Assembly (NCBI RefSeq): GCF_004010195.1
Contig: NC_057715.1
Span: 4,609,624-4,673,623, forward strand
DNA: 64,000 nucleotides
DNA from: Chiloscyllium plagiosum
Taxonomy: Eukaryota
Direction of reading: 5' to 3'
Part shown: positions 23,776 to 37,694 of the stretch, piece after piece
Position numbering within the stretch: position 1 is the first letter of the stretch
Layout: each line of letters starts with the position of its first letter
The notes under the pieces: model-generated
Told to the model about the DNA's origin: nothing
Database searches by the model: none
The model's input: only the letters and a program-made list of their open reading frames with translations
Position numbers and translations under genes: made by a program

Positions 23776-25151
23776 AGACCATTAAGCTTGACGGGTGGAA
23801 GACAGGGGAGAGTTGTGAAGAGTGGAGATGATATGAAAGTAACAAGGAGGAAGCACATTCACAGATCCTGTAGCCTGTACCATTTTATAAACATACAAGC
23901 TCCATGCACCAGCTGTTGTTTACTTGCTTTCTTCATGTTTCATATGTTGTGACAATGTAATAGCAGTTGTTGCTCTTGCTAATTAACCAACTGTTTTTTT
24001 GTTAGAGTTTATACTATTTCTTAACTTTCTCATTTTTTCTTTGCAAGAGGAATTTTAACGCTTTGAAGGCAGTTGCTTCCCATCCATCCCTCATGACATT
24101 GTTTACCTTTCCATAAGAGTAAGGTGTGAAACATAGTTAGGAGTACAAACCCAACCCACCTATATGTAACACCATGCCATGCTACTCTAAGCACCACAAT
24201 CATTAAACTTTGTCCTTTAACTATTCTGGAAGCGACATAACAGCCAAAATCAATACTAAATATCATTTAGCATTCCAGGTGTGTATTCCATCCTATTCTT
24301 TAATTTGGAATGGCTGCAGGTATTGGAATTGTTTCCTGGAGGGACCTTTAAGAATATATGCACACTTAATGAGGATGGGGTAAAGCTAAAATAATTGGAA
24401 ATCTAATAAAACTGTTACATTGATACATCTTAAAGCTATTGTTAATAAAAAAAACTGCCTTTTCAATCAATGCAGTATTTTCTCCCTGGTGATTAATGCT
24501 AGCCTGAGCACGAAAGCCCTTGGTCTTTGTTTCCTATTCCACTGTAGAACTCTTCTCAGTACAGTCACTAGGGAGAAGATAGGGAATGAATTTATAAATA
24601 TACATTATCACTCCACTGCTCATTTTGCTACGCATCTTAAAACCTGCTCCAGCCTCACAAACCATTCTCAAAACAGATATTTTCAATTGATAGGTTCTCC
24701 CTTTGCTGAATGTACTGATGTAGTGAAAGTGATGGCTGTTTCTGGTATTCGGTGGTAAATTTAGAATCGCAGTTTTGACCATGAGAGAAACAAACAGCAA
24801 GGTAATTTTTATGAGAAATCTGTTTTCACTAGAAGTGCAAACTCCAGCTGACAATCTAAATTCCGATTGTTTAGTTATTGAATGTATCTGATTGTTGTGT
24901 TTCATATCTCAAATCCATGCAGATATCACACTTGCTTATGAGCACAAACAGATTTTATTTACAGCATTTTAGAATGTTTAATTGACACTTAGGCTCTGAA
25001 TTCCAGCTCTCTCCATGGTTTGTGCCTTTTACTTTTCCCTGAATCCACATCCAGGCTTAACCAATCAAACACATTGAGCAACCATTGTAAACAGACTCTC
25101 AAAATCAAACACAGAACATTGAATATGAGACTGACTTGGAGAGTTATTTGT

Positions 25152-25444
25152 ATAGAGTTATAGAGATGTACAGCTTAGAAACAGACCCTTCAATCCAACT
25201 CATCCACGCTGACCAGATGTCCTAAACTAATCTAATCCCATTTGTCAGCATTTAGCCCATATCCCTCTTAACCCGTCCTATTCATATACCCATCCAAATG
25301 TCTATTAAGTGTTGTAATTGTACCAATGTGCACCATCTCCTATGGCAGCTCATTCAATACACGCAACATCCTCTGCTAGAAACATTTGACACTTAAATCC
25401 CTTTTATATCTTCCCCCTCTCATGTTAAACCTATGCCCTCTAGT
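25152..25444 (-). mobile_element. CR1 3' end fragment
   Basis: Reverse complement of the 3'UTR type seen at 51700-51878. Confidence 0.88.
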
Positions 25445-25785
25445 ATTGAGATAATGAGAGGCATAGATGAATAGATAGCCAGAGACTTTTCCCCAGGACA
25501 GAAACGACAGTCATGAGTTGTCGTAATTTTAAGGTGATTGGAGGAAGGTATAGGGGAGATGTCAGGGGTAGGTTCTTTACACAGAGAGTGGTGGGTGTAT
25601 GGAATGCACTGTCAATGGTGGTAATAGAGTTAGAGACATTAGGAACATTTAAGTGTCTGCTGCACAAGCACATGGACAGCAATAAATTGAGGGATGTGTA
25701 GATTAGGTTGATCTTAGATTAAGAGGAATGCTTGGCACAACATCTTGGGCCGAAGGGCCTGGACTGTGCTGTGCTGTTCCATGCT
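25445..25785 (+). mobile_element. CR1 3' end fragment (different 3'UTR subfamily)
   Basis: ORF 25513..25701 FKVIGGRYRGDVRGRFFTQRVVGVWNAL. Confidence 0.9.
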
Positions 25786-26414
25786 TTAAGTTAATTGTCA
25801 ACAGTATCACAGGAGAGATGAAGAGGAGTCTTTTACATAGTAGATTATTGTGATGTAGAACTTACTACCTAAAAAGATAATAGAAGTAGAAACTATTGCA
25901 AGAGGAAGTTGGATTATATTTGCAAATTTTGTATGAATTGGACAATTCTTAAAATAATTGGCACTGGCACAATAAGTTGCATAACCTTCATTTGTACAAT
26001 ATGACCTTATGACTATGCTCTTGTTCCAAATATGAACAAATACATTGGAGTATAGCATACATCTATCACATGGAGCACAGCAATCAATTTATAACTAACC
26101 CCACCAGATATTTTAGGAAAAGGCTTGCAGAAATTCAAAACTTACAGGTTTAACATTTTGGGTCCCAATTTCAAAGCAGTTCTTAAGAACTACTTTCACT
26201 TTTTCAGACAATTGCACTTTACAGAGAAATGTTCTTTTATAATAATGTTGAAATTATTTTCCTGCCTTGGAGCATTGCAAAGTAACTGAAGTGACAAAAT
26301 GTGTGATTTTCAGCATTCTTTCACCAGTGTAGTACAGATAATATGAACATGGATTCTAAAGTTTAAGCATGGACTCAGTCTCCATACCTGCGTGTACCTT
26401 CTTTGGAATCTACG

Positions 26415-28028
26415 TGTAATGATACTACAGCTCTAAGAGGTATACTTGTTCTGTTTCTTTTATAAAGATAGGCTAAGACAAAGATGAGGGGGTCTTTCCC
26501 AGTCAATAAAGTAAACACCTTGGGAGGCCTTGGGTTTTTTAAATGTTGGAACAATAAAAGCAGCCTGAATGAGTGGAGTCAGGCTCCCAGTTTTTTAGTT
26601 TAGCTTTCAGCAGTTGGGGTTTTGAAATTGCCACACATCTCTCCCTGCTACAATAAAAGCTGGAGTTCTCTCTCTCTCTGTCAGAATTTTCTCTTACTGT
26701 TCTGTCCTCCTGGACTGCAGAAACATTGTACGTGAGGCAGTCTATTTTACTGAATTTGCCAATGTAAAAGGTATGTTTATGGGTTCCTATATTGGAACAG
26801 TTTCTCTTTAGTGGTTAAGTAATCTATTATTCTGTTAAGTTTCCCAGTAGAGTTATGTTATACGTTTGTGCGAAGATTTGTAGCTCGGAAGCTCGTTGTT
26901 GTGGTTCTGTTCGCCGAGCTGGGAATTTGTGTTGCAGGCGTTTCGTCCCCTGTCTAGGTGACATCCTCAATGCTTGGGAGCCTCCTGGGAAGCGCTTCTG
27001 TGATCTTTTCTCTGGCATTTGTAGTGGTTTGAATCTGCCGCTTCTGGTTATCAGTTCCAGCTGTCCGCTTCAGTGGCCGGTATATTGGGTCCAGGTTGAT
27101 GTGCTTGTTGATTGAATCAGTGGATGAGTGCCATGCCTCTAGGAATTCCATGGCTGTTTTCTGTTTGGCTTGTCCTATAATAATAGTGTTGTCCCAGTCA
27201 AACTCATGTTGCTGGTCATCTGCACGTGTGGCTACTAAGGATAGCTGGTCGTGTCGTTTCGTGGCTAGTTGGTGTTCATGGATGCAGATCATTAGCTGTC
27301 TTCCTGTTTGTCCTATGTAATGTTTTGTGCAGTCCTTGCATGGGATTTTGTATACTACGTTGGTTTTGCTCATGCTGGGTATCGGGTCCTCCATCCTGGT
27401 GAGTGGTTGTCTGAGCGTGGCTGTTGCGCACCCATGAACACCAACTAGCCACGAAAGGACACGACCAGCTATCCTTAGTAGCCACACACGCAGATGACAA
27501 GCAACATGAGTTTGACTAGAACAACACTACTATTATAGGACAAGCCAAACAGAGAACAGCCAGGGAATTCCTAGAGGCATGGCACTCATCCACAGATTCA
27601 ATCAATAAGCACATCGACCTGGACCCAATATACCGACCACTGCAGCGGACAGCTGGAACTGACAACCGGAAGCGGCAGATTCAAACCACTATAAATGCCG
27701 GAGGAAAGATCACAGAAGCGCTTCACAGGAGGCTCCCAAGCACTGAGGATATCACCTAGACAGGGGACGAAACGTCTGCAACACAAATTCCCAGCTTGGC
27801 GAACAGAACCACAACAACAGAGTTATGTTATTCCAAGTTTCTCTTTGGTTTGTTGTATTTTAACGACTGTTTGATTAAATGTTGTTTTGAATAATGTCAT
27901 TTGTGTGACCAACTGAATTACATCTGGAACACAGCACCTTGCCTTTAAATAAGATAAAAGTTAGGGTCTATGCTATCTCCTGGACATAATTGCGGGGAAG
28001 GAGGTGTGGTTTGGTCTGGTCTATGACA
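26415..28028 (+). mobile_element. Gypsy 5' LTR, interrupted by a PLE
   Basis: Starts tgtaatgat and ends atgaca, followed two bases later by ttgggggct (tRNA-Pro-type PBS remnant). Homologous to the LTR at 10692-12544. Confidence 0.8.
26862..27818. mobile_element. Penelope-like element (Poseidon-like GIY-YIG), inverted two-arm insertion with 13-bp TSD
   Basis: Minus ORF 26954..27487 NVVYKIPCKDCTKHYIGQTGR...EHQLA...EFLEAWHS. Right arm ~27427-27818 is an inverted copy. TSD agagttatgttat at 26849-26861 and 27819-27831. Confidence 0.95.
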
Positions 28029-28775
28029 AATTGGGGGCTTGAAAGAATCAAAATTTCTAATTACAGGTTAGATTTAATATTATAGGATGCAAAGACAGTA
28101 GGTGTTGAATGGTTTTTCTGGTATTGTATGCACTTGGTTTAAATAGGGTGAGCCTTGTGTATTAATGGTCACCAAGAATTTCCTGGGGGTTGGAAGAATT
28201 CACTTCAGTTGTTACAGAAAGTGAATAAGGCAAAAGTTTAACAACAGGCAAATAAGTTAAAGTTGGAGTTGCCTGTGTCTTTGAGGAAGCGGGAGACAAT
28301 TGCAGCAACAGCTGTGCATTTACAATTGCCAGGAATGCAATTACAATCATTGGAAGTGGCTAAAATTCAATTGTCAATGCAGCAGCCGGAGTTAGAGGCA
28401 ATGACAAGGGAAAAGGGAAGAGAAAAGAAAATGAAACCATCTGAATTATGATTAAAAGCAGAGGAAAAAGAAAAAGAATGGAAGACCTGAGCAGAGGAGA
28501 ATTACAAGGTAAGAGGTTTTCAACTTCCAAAGTTGGCAATGAAAGAGGAAAGTCAACTTAAAACGGCATTGTGATGAAGAACAAACCCATCGCAGTCGAA
28601 AGCCTGGTGGGGATCTGTCTAAATATGTCCAGACATTACCACAGTTTGAGGAGAAGGACATTTTTATTTCATTTGAGAAAGTGGCTAAACAAATGAAATG
28701 GCTAGTGACCATGTGGGTATCAAACAAAATTGATAAGTAGAGCTAGTGAGATATTTGCATCACTATCAGAAGAGG
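28029..28775 (+). mobile_element. Gmr1-like Gypsy leader and gag N-terminal remnant
   Basis: LEVAKIQL..LEAM and DLSKYVQTLPQFEEKD..FISFEKVAKQMKW..EIFASLSEE, with stops. Confidence 0.8.
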
Positions 28776-30552
28776 TGGGACTTGAACCCAGTTCAGAGAT
28801 AGGGACATTACCATAGCATCCCAAGATCTTTCCCAGAATACTCTATGGCCTTGACACCAATACCTAGCAGCTGACTGGTCTTTTTATGAGCTGCATTTCA
28901 GCAAGGCCTGATCCCAACATCAGAGCACCTTGGATCTCCCAATTCAGATACAGGGAATACATTCAACATCCTTGCTACTGCTCTCACCACTCACACTGGG
29001 TTTGAGAGAACAAAGAAAGAAACACCAGAAAAAAAAAGTTAAAAAAAAGAGAAGTAAAGCAATTTATGATTCAAAAGTTGAGAAAAAGGTTGTGCTCCTG
29101 ATTATCTACATGTCAGATTTCCAAATTAAAATAAAAACACTGCAATTGGAAATCAATCCCTAAAATGCTGAAAACACACAACAGATCAATTAAGATCTAC
29201 AAAAAAAACAATGACAGGTTAATGTTTCAGGTCAGATTTCCCTTATGAAGCAATAAAACAAGTTGGAACAGTTGACTTACTAATTTTTGTAGCTCCCTTT
29301 TTGCCCATCTGAATATAGTTGACTCAGATACATGAGCAAATGGTTAATTATGGTTTCTAAGATCAGTACATTGTTCAGCAGCGAGTTAATGATTCATTTG
29401 ATAACCCTGGTGATAGTGAAGAGTGTCTGGCATCGTAACAGCAATGTCCAAAATTTTTAATCAATTAGATGCATTCAATTCCATGGTTTTCCAGTGCAAA
29501 GTCTGCCTGTAAAATTCCCTGGTGCTCTCCTTGAGAGAAGGAAACAAGGAATTTAGATTCAGAATCTGCTTTCCCAGGTAATTGAAAAAGCAGCTGCATC
29601 TCCAACATCGATCACCAGGGAATCGCAACTACCACAAAGGAACTGAAATGATTTTCAACATCATAAATCACCAAGTAGCCTGGTGCTCATGTTCTAAGAC
29701 TGGTAATCCAGAAGTCTGGTTTTATAATCCACAGAATATGAGTTTAAATCTCACAAAGTTGGAGATTTTCAGTTCAATTGCTTTTAAAGTCAGAAAATAA
29801 AACATTGCTAAAGTCCCCGTCACCTTCTCTGAGGCAGCTGCCTCTCGTCGGAAAATGGCCCTAACCACTCATTATCATCATATTAAACAAATTAGCTATC
29901 CTGCACAGCCTAGTGCTGACCAACTTTTACAAATCTGAATATTTCATTGATGCAACCCATCAGCATTACCACTCTGCCATATAAACAGGCAAACATTAAA
30001 AGCCACAAGAGTACATCGAGCCAAGAAAATGCAGCAGAGATTGATCCGATCTCACATTAAATCTATTCGTAGATTGATGTTGCTTGAACTCTCCACTGCC
30101 TCCTGTAGTTATTAACTGTGTGAGCAGCTGATGTAAATATCAACCAACTTCAATCAGCTGCTCCCACTGCTAACCAATATAGGAGGCACATGAGAAGTGC
30201 AACTCCACAGATGTCAATCACTTATCCCAGTCTCCCAACACCATCTCATGGTTCTGAGAATACTGCAACTGTTATCAATCCTCTGTGTTGAGTACCATGT
30301 CTGTAAATAATCCTTTTAATAAGTTTTAGTCAACCTCCAGATAGAACAACAAATGTACGTTGACTCCAATGTGCCCAATATATGAAATGGGAATGGTGCC
30401 TGTATGACTTCCACTGAAGGAAATTTGTCACCCTTCCCCAGTCTATCTTAAATGTTGCACTATTTCCATTGTAACACATTTGTCTTTTAACTGCCCTCTA
30501 AAGTTGCTTACCAGTTGTATCAGGGAAATTTTATATGCCTTGTTTTACATTG

Positions 30553-30880
30553 AGTGGCAGAATGGCTCAATAGTTAGCACTGCTAGCTCAGCAAGGACCC
30601 AGGTTCTATTCCAGCCTCGGGGGTGACTATGTGAAGTTTGCATGTTCTCCCTGTGTCTGTGCAGGTTTCCTGTGGGTGCTCTGATTTCCTCCAGCAGTCT
30701 AAAGATGTGCAGATTAGGTGGATTGGCCATGGGAAATTGCACATAATGTGCAGGCCAAGTGGATTAGCCATGGAAATGCAGAGTTACAGGGCTGGGATGG
30801 GTCTGGATGGAATGCTGTTCAGAGGGCTGGTGTGGACTTGGTGGGTGAAATAGCCTGCACACTGTCAGGATTTTATGAAG
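30553..30880 (+). mobile_element. HE1-like SINE
   Basis: tRNA head, V-domain and CR1-like tail. Confidence 0.88.
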
Positions 30881-32419
30881 AATAACAAAGATCTGCCTTC
30901 TATCTTACCATGTTCAACAATTGCCAAGGGTATCTGGTGCAATCCTATTATCTCTTGCCATGCTTCCTCCATTAAAGCGTTGACCATATTTCCAAAGTGT
31001 AACATTAGCTCAAGTGTTTTGTGATGATCTAAGGCCAGGAAAGGCACTAAATGAATGCAAACCTTTCTTTCTTGCTGTAATTTTTAAATCTTTCTATCAA
31101 TTGCATATATCTGAAATTTTCCTCAGTCGATTTACAGTTAAAAGGGATCAGTTTCAAAAGGGTGACATTATTGGTACAGATTAAACCAGTTTGCTATTAT
31201 ATGCTTTTCTCATACTGTTTGGATATGGGAGCCTAGCCTTCTAACTTGCACTTCTGTGACCTCATGTTGTCCTAAGGAAATGGACACAACGAGGTTCAAT
31301 AGCATCCTCAAAAATATCTAAATAAACTCAAATCAAGATATTTCTGAAGATTTGGGGTTAGACTGTTCCAGTCCTGTTTAATCTTTCTCCTTTCACTCCT
31401 CTCTAGTTTACCATTTATTAGCAGCTCCAACAATGCAGGAATAAAACATTGTTTCTAAAGCAGGCTCTGCTTTTAGGTTGTTCAATCAAAAACTTCATAC
31501 TTTTCAAAATCTAGATCTCAGGCTTGGTTCAATATTTACTCCTAGTCTGATATCACAGGTTATTCCATATAAGATGCAATGTACCCTGTACAACAAAATC
31601 ACAAACTCGTTAATAAGTAATCACCTAGAATTTCTCCTGGAATCTGAGCAGGAATAGGTCATGTAGCCCCTCCAGCCTGTTGTGTCACTCAATAAGACCA
31701 TGGCTGACCTGTGACCTGACCCCACCTATCTGCTATTACTCCATATTCTTTACTGTACTGACATTTTAAGAGAAGAGTTTTCTAAGTTTGAACTATGTTT
31801 TTGCATGTAGAGGTGTTTCCTAATCTCATCTGGTGTTATTTAATTTTGAGTATTAATGCTCCATTGCTACATGCTTTTCATAATATCCTTTCTTCATATT
31901 GAAGTAACTTCATCCTTGATCAAAAAGCTTACTGTCTATTCATTGTTCCTGCAAACCTGGTATATTCCATTCCCCATCATTAAGGTCTTGCTGGTCTTAC
32001 AATCGTTACCTTGTCATACCCTCCCAATTTGAATTTGCATCTGTAATTCACTGGAGTTGTTCCTTATAGTCCACATATTTGTATACAGAACACTTAGATC
32101 ACAAACTCTAACCTCTCCTTCTACTCTCATGTTTGATTCACAGAATTCTTATTTCTCTCATGATTGTTTTACATTGCTTTTTTTAGTTTGACTGTTATCT
32201 TAGTGCCTCGAACCACATTTGCACTGACTACTCTATTCTCTTCCCTTTCATTTGCTTTTGAGGTATTATCAATAAAACCTTTTCTAACTGAGCTCTTCCT
32301 CCCACTTATTAGCTTCAATTCCTTCTGTGGCCAGAGCTTGGCAGAACTGAAAAAGAAAGTGTAACTGGTTAAATGTCACTTTCTTCAGGATTTCAGCAAG
32401 TTATGGAGATCAAAGAAAG

Positions 32420-32995
32420 AAGAAATATGTGTGTAGTACCTTTCAAATCCTTAGGACATCGAAATCAGTTTAAAGCTAATGAATCACTTTCATAAGTCAC
32501 AGTTATCATCATTAACATTGGAGGTCCCTTGTAGATGAGGATGACTCTCTTCCACTCTCAGGGTGAGTCCATAGGTGGCTGTATAGTCCGATGCAGCTAC
32601 TGCACACTCTATTACATATGGGACAGGTGGTGGACGTGCGAAAGGGTAGGTGTGATAGCATGTCCTTTCACTGTTCTCACCTGGCTTCCACTCTTTCACA
32701 CTTCTATAGGAACTGTAGCAGCCAATTTGATCATAGCAATGTGCAATAAACTTTGAGAGCATCTGTTTTCCTTTGTGACAACAGCTGATGGATAAATATT
32801 GATCAGGACAATAAAGAGAGTTCCTTTGCTTTTTTCTGTATCGTATTGTGGTATCTTCCCTAACAGTCTGACGCGAGAGGCAGACTTTGAATTTAACATC
32901 CTAACTGAAAGGTAGCCTTTGTGCTGCATTCCTCAGAACTAAATTATGACATCTCAGGTGTAGAACTTGTGTCCAAACATTTCTGACTATGGCTG
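32420..32995 (-). mobile_element. Old Deu-type SINE with an unrelated inserted fragment (~32520-32695)
   Basis: gcagccaatttg, gataaatattgatcaggaca and tttaacatcctaactgaaagg match the Deu-SINE body in reverse. Confidence 0.6.
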
Positions 32996-33115
32996 TCTCT
33001 TCAATAGAATCCTGTGGAAATTCAGACTCAATTAATTTGTAGTACCATTACACATAGAGTAGGGAGGAAATCTTGCCCCAAATCCTGAGCTTCCACAATC
33101 CCCAAACCGTAATAA

Positions 33116-33262
33116 ATAAACCAAAAGAGTTGCAGATGCTGCAAACCAGAAACAAAACCAGAAAGTGCTGCAAAAGCTCAGCAGGTCTGGCAGCATCTGT
33201 GGAGAGAAATCAAAGTTAGCATTTTGGGTTTAGTGACCCTTCTGGGGAATTTCAGTTTTTGT
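33116..33262 (-). mobile_element. PLE mini-element with degenerate ~17-bp TSD
   Basis: aagctcagcaggtctggcagcatctgtggag; flanks tccccaaaccgtaataa / tccccaaaccatattaa. Confidence 0.8.
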
Positions 33263-33924
33263 TCCCCAAACCATATTAATGCTTTTTGCTTGTTTTCTTT
33301 ATTATTTCTATATCACATTTTCCAATATTTTTTCTACACCTAAACATTTTGGCTGTGATAATTGATATCCCCAAATATGTTCTAAGCTCAGTCCTGTCCC
33401 AATTATTTTATGTCATACGTTAGTTTTGACTTTGCTTCTTCAACTAATCATGCTTTTATTTTTAAAAAATCTTCCTTCACTGAGCGGTTTCTCAAATAAC
33501 AGAATACATTGGAAAATTGGGTTGTGCAGCTGAGTTATCTTGATGGTTGGATAATGTTTTATATTTCTCATTGCAGTTGGATCTGTAGGTGTTTTGTCAT
33601 TGTCATGAATGGGTTCCTGTATTGCAGGAGTGTACAGCCACTGTTAGAGACTAAATTTTTTTTTCTTCATGCTGCCGATTTAACATTAAGAATAGCAGAT
33701 ACTACCCATCTCATAGAACACTGCATTCTTTTGAAAACAAACTCATGGTGTGTCCTGTTGCCTAAGAATATTGGATACTACAAGCAACAGAATTATTCTG
33801 GAAATGAGTCTGACCCCTGCAACACATAGTTATTGGCACTTAATTCAGTATCTGTAATTATTTTGCTGTTATTATAACAGTTATTACTGTTAGTAAGAGA
33901 CAAATCCATACATATTACCAAGTA

Positions 33925-34600
33925 ATTCCTGCATTTATGTCGCTTCTTTCAGGACTTCAATGTGCACAAAAACATCTGAGACGAATAATTAATTTTGAAG
34001 TGTAGTCACAAGTTACATCACCAGAAGTACAACAACCAAATTGCTCACAGTAAATTTCCAGAAATGGACATCTGAGAATGGGTGGCACAATGGCTCAGTG
34101 GTTAGCCCTGCTGCCTCACAGAGCCAGGGACCTGAGTTCAAGTCCTGCCTCAGGTGACTGACTGTCTGTGTGGAGTTTGCATGTTCTCCCTATGTCTGCT
34201 GCAGGGGATTCCTTCAGGTGCTCTGGTTTCCTCCCACAGTCCAAAGATGTGCACGTTAGCTGAATTGGCCATGGGAAGTACAGGGTTACTGTGATAGGAT
34301 GTGAGGTGGGTCTGGGTAGGACGCTATTCAGATAGTCGGTGTGGACTTGATGGGCTGAATGGCCTGTATTCACATTGTAGAATTTCTATGAATGATAAGA
34401 TCACCTGTTTATTTAATGATGCTGGTTGAGGGATGAATATTGATCAAAGCGTAAGGCATAGAAGAAGTAGTCCTGATCTTTGTAATTGTGTAAAGGTCTT
34501 TTATGTTCATCGTTATGGATAGATACAACCTCAGCTTATTATCTTCCTTAGTACTAGACAAGGCAGGAGCACTCAGTGCTAGCATGGGTTTGTGTTCAAG
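33925..34600 (-). mobile_element. Old Deu-type SINE split by an HE1 SINE
   Basis: tgcatttatgtcgcttctttcagg...ttttgaagtgtagtcac (3' end) and gatgctggttgagggatgaatattg (body). Confidence 0.65.
34081..34392 (+). mobile_element. HE1-like SINE
   Basis: Head, V-domain and tail. Confidence 0.9.
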
Positions 34601-36117
34601 ACTGATTTGGACTCAGTGACGGGATTGCTGCAACTGACTGCGGCTGACACAGTGCTGCAATATGTAACCTGTGCAGATTACATTCTACTAATAATTGTGC
34701 TTTAGAATTTACAATGCAGATAACATTCTGTAGGCATAACCACACAGAACACCAGCAACATAAGTGATGAGGATGGCAAATCCAGTGAGATCCAAACAAA
34801 TCTCATTGATATTCTCTGCCATAGCTTTCTGTGCAGTGCCTTGTATTTATAAAATGTAGTTTGAATTGACAATTGCTTTCCAGATAGATTCCAATGTCAG
34901 AAGCTAACTACACCTGTGGAGACTGCAGCAAAGTTCAACCACATGTAGTTAGAGACAACAACCATTTGTATTTATATAGTAGGAAGACATCCCAAGGCAC
35001 ATAACAGCAAAACAAACATTGACAAAAACTTTGTAAAAGTATTTACAGGAGGAGGGAGAGTGGGACGCATGTTTGATGATGAGAATTTTAACCCAGTTTT
35101 CAAATTGAGAAATGGCATGTATATTATTCAGGGATAATGTTGTAGATCAGTAATGCAGAGATGGTGGTGAGGGAGGCTTTGTAAAGGTTACAATACAGCC
35201 ATCAATATTTTTGAGAAACTCAAAGTACTGGAGAGTGAAAGGTGGGATGCTGGCAAGGAGAGAACTGTATCAGTCAAGTCTGGGGCTCCAGACGAGGATT
35301 TCAGTGCTGGGAAACTGAGGCAGAGCAGATAAGGGCAATGCCATGTTGGTTAAAGTAATCATAATTTTTTTTTATTCTGTTTTACAGGGACATGGGATTT
35401 TGTTGTCAGAACTTTTCATCTCTCTAGTTGTTTTGAGATACAACCTTCTGAACCTTCTTACTGCCTGTTGTCTTTACATTCAGAACTTCTGAGAGTCAGC
35501 TAAAAGTAATCTTCAAAAGGTAGGGTCCGGTGGGATTTCTGTTGATATCCTTTTCTATTCTAAGACTTATCATACGTCCATGGAAGACTGCACCCAAAAC
35601 CTCTCATGATGAAAGATGTTAGAGTGCATTAGTACTGTTACCATCTGATCCTTTATATATGTTTTAAGTATATATTTTGATATTTGCACATGAAATGTAC
35701 GTGTACCTGGCAAGGCCAGTATCTGTTGTCAATTCCTATCTGCCTTTGGGAAGGTGGTGATAAGCTACGTTCTTGAATCACTATCCTTCCAATGGTGGAT
35801 TTTTCCAGTCCCTGAACAAGGTGGCTAATAATCAATGAATTGGGAAAATTTGTTGAGAGCAGAAAAATAAGATTCAATGGGAGAGATAAAAAAGCTTTAT
35901 TTTCCAGGAATTTTGCTTGAAAGCATTGATGGTTTCTGGATCAGTAGGGAAATAAAGGGTCATGGGGAAAATGCAGGAAATGCATGGGCGTGAGGAATAT
36001 TGGATCATCCATTATCCTATTGAGTGGTAGAGCAGACTCGAGGGGCTGAATGGCCAACCCCTCTCCTTATTTCTTATGGTCTTAATGGTCCATGCAGCAA
36101 GAAGCTGATCTAAATGT

Positions 36118-36300
36118 TTAGATTAGATTAGATGACTTACAGTGTGGAAACAGGCCCTTCGGCCCAACAAGTCCGGAAACCCACGCAGACACGGGGAGAA
36201 CGTGCAAACTCCACACCGTCAGTCGCCTGAGGCGGGAATTGAACCCGGGTCTCTGGCACTGTGAGGCAGCAGTGCTAACCACTGTGCCACCGTGCTGCCC
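36118..36300 (-). mobile_element. HE1-like SINE, young, internally deleted
   Basis: CpG-rich head joined directly to the tail (aagtcc|ggaaaccc); (tctaa)n end. Confidence 0.9.
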
Positions 36301-37694
36301 AAATGTGTAATGAACTTATCATTGCCTCATGTGTATGCAAGTTTCTATTTTCCTAGGCCTTGGAGAGAAAGTATACATGCCATTTCCCATCACGAGAGTC
36401 GAAGTGGATGCAGCTCCCCTGCATCTACTTTGGAAAAGCACCTTGGCCGACTTCCCTGACTGTTCAGGCCATGCAGCACTGATGGTGATTACCTATACAC
36501 ACTTACCTGGTGTTTGGCATTCACAAAGCACCAGACTCACCATAACCTCATGGTACATTTAATACTGTTTGACACTACATGCTGCACATTGGATCTCCCA
36601 ACACCTTACATTGCAATGCTAGTGCCAGGCTGCATTGCATTCTGGGACTGTTCCCTAACTCATGCATTGGAATAGGATGCATATCAAAAATCTTAGCTTA
36701 CTTTCTTAGTGCTCACTCACATTCGCCTACTTGGATGCTCACAGCTACTCTGCCGTGACTTGTCTTGTCTTTTTGATAATTGCTACTCATTCAGAAATTA
36801 CACGCTTACACAGTAATTACCTCGTCTTTTCGCATAGACTCAAAAGACAGGCAGCATGTCATTTTTGCCTGCAATGAACAATCAAGGTGGTGAGGCACTG
36901 AGCAATGTCAATGTGTCAAATGCACCATGTGCCAGCAGCTTATGCAACAAAAGTGCTGAATAGGTTTTAACCAAATGAATATGTCTCAAAGTCTAATGAG
37001 AGTAACAAGTCAAGGAGACTGTTGTTAGTCAGGATATCCTTTCACAGTCAATCAATCAAGGGCAATATTTGCTATCAGTATAGGGACTTGGTATCACGGT
37101 CAGTCAGTTGTTTGATTCATACAGCGTCAGGATTTTGGTATCATTATAGTCCACTGAAAGGGTCACAGTTAATCCTGCAGGCCCATTGTAACTAATCCAG
37201 GAATTAGTGATAAGGACAGTTAGGGAGCTACACTGATATTATTCAGGGATCTGGTTAGTCATGACTTGAGGCTGTTTTACCAAGTCAGTAAGGGGGCTGG
37301 GCCACACTGAATCTATCACTGACATTGAAAGGGATTTTTATAGTGCCCAGTGTTGTGGTGGGGAAGTTGGGGAAGTCAGTTGTTAGGATTGGAGGTAGCA
37401 TGGTGTAATACAGAGTGGATAATACTTGTGATGTGGGTAGGGGATAATTCAACATATAATGATTGGAGATAATACAGATATCAGGGCATGGATTACTGAG
37501 GAGACATGTCATTGACATTTATCACCACCTTGTCTTTGATAAGTGGGCAGTGCATCACAATGGTTGGCAGAACTAAGCTCTGAGGTTTAGGGAGAACAGT
37601 GGAGTAACAAACAATTAAGAGAAATAATTGAGAGGGAATGTGTGGAATCTCAAAACTAAAGCAAGTTGGCAGGGAGTGTAAGGTAGAAAGGAAC

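Noticed and set aside
26146-26435. Possible minus-strand exons (VQLSEKVKVVLKNCFEIGTQNVKP and an upstream 35-45 nt piece)
   Set aside because: The upstream piece overlaps the LTR start, the acceptor is weak and the peptide is unrecognisable.
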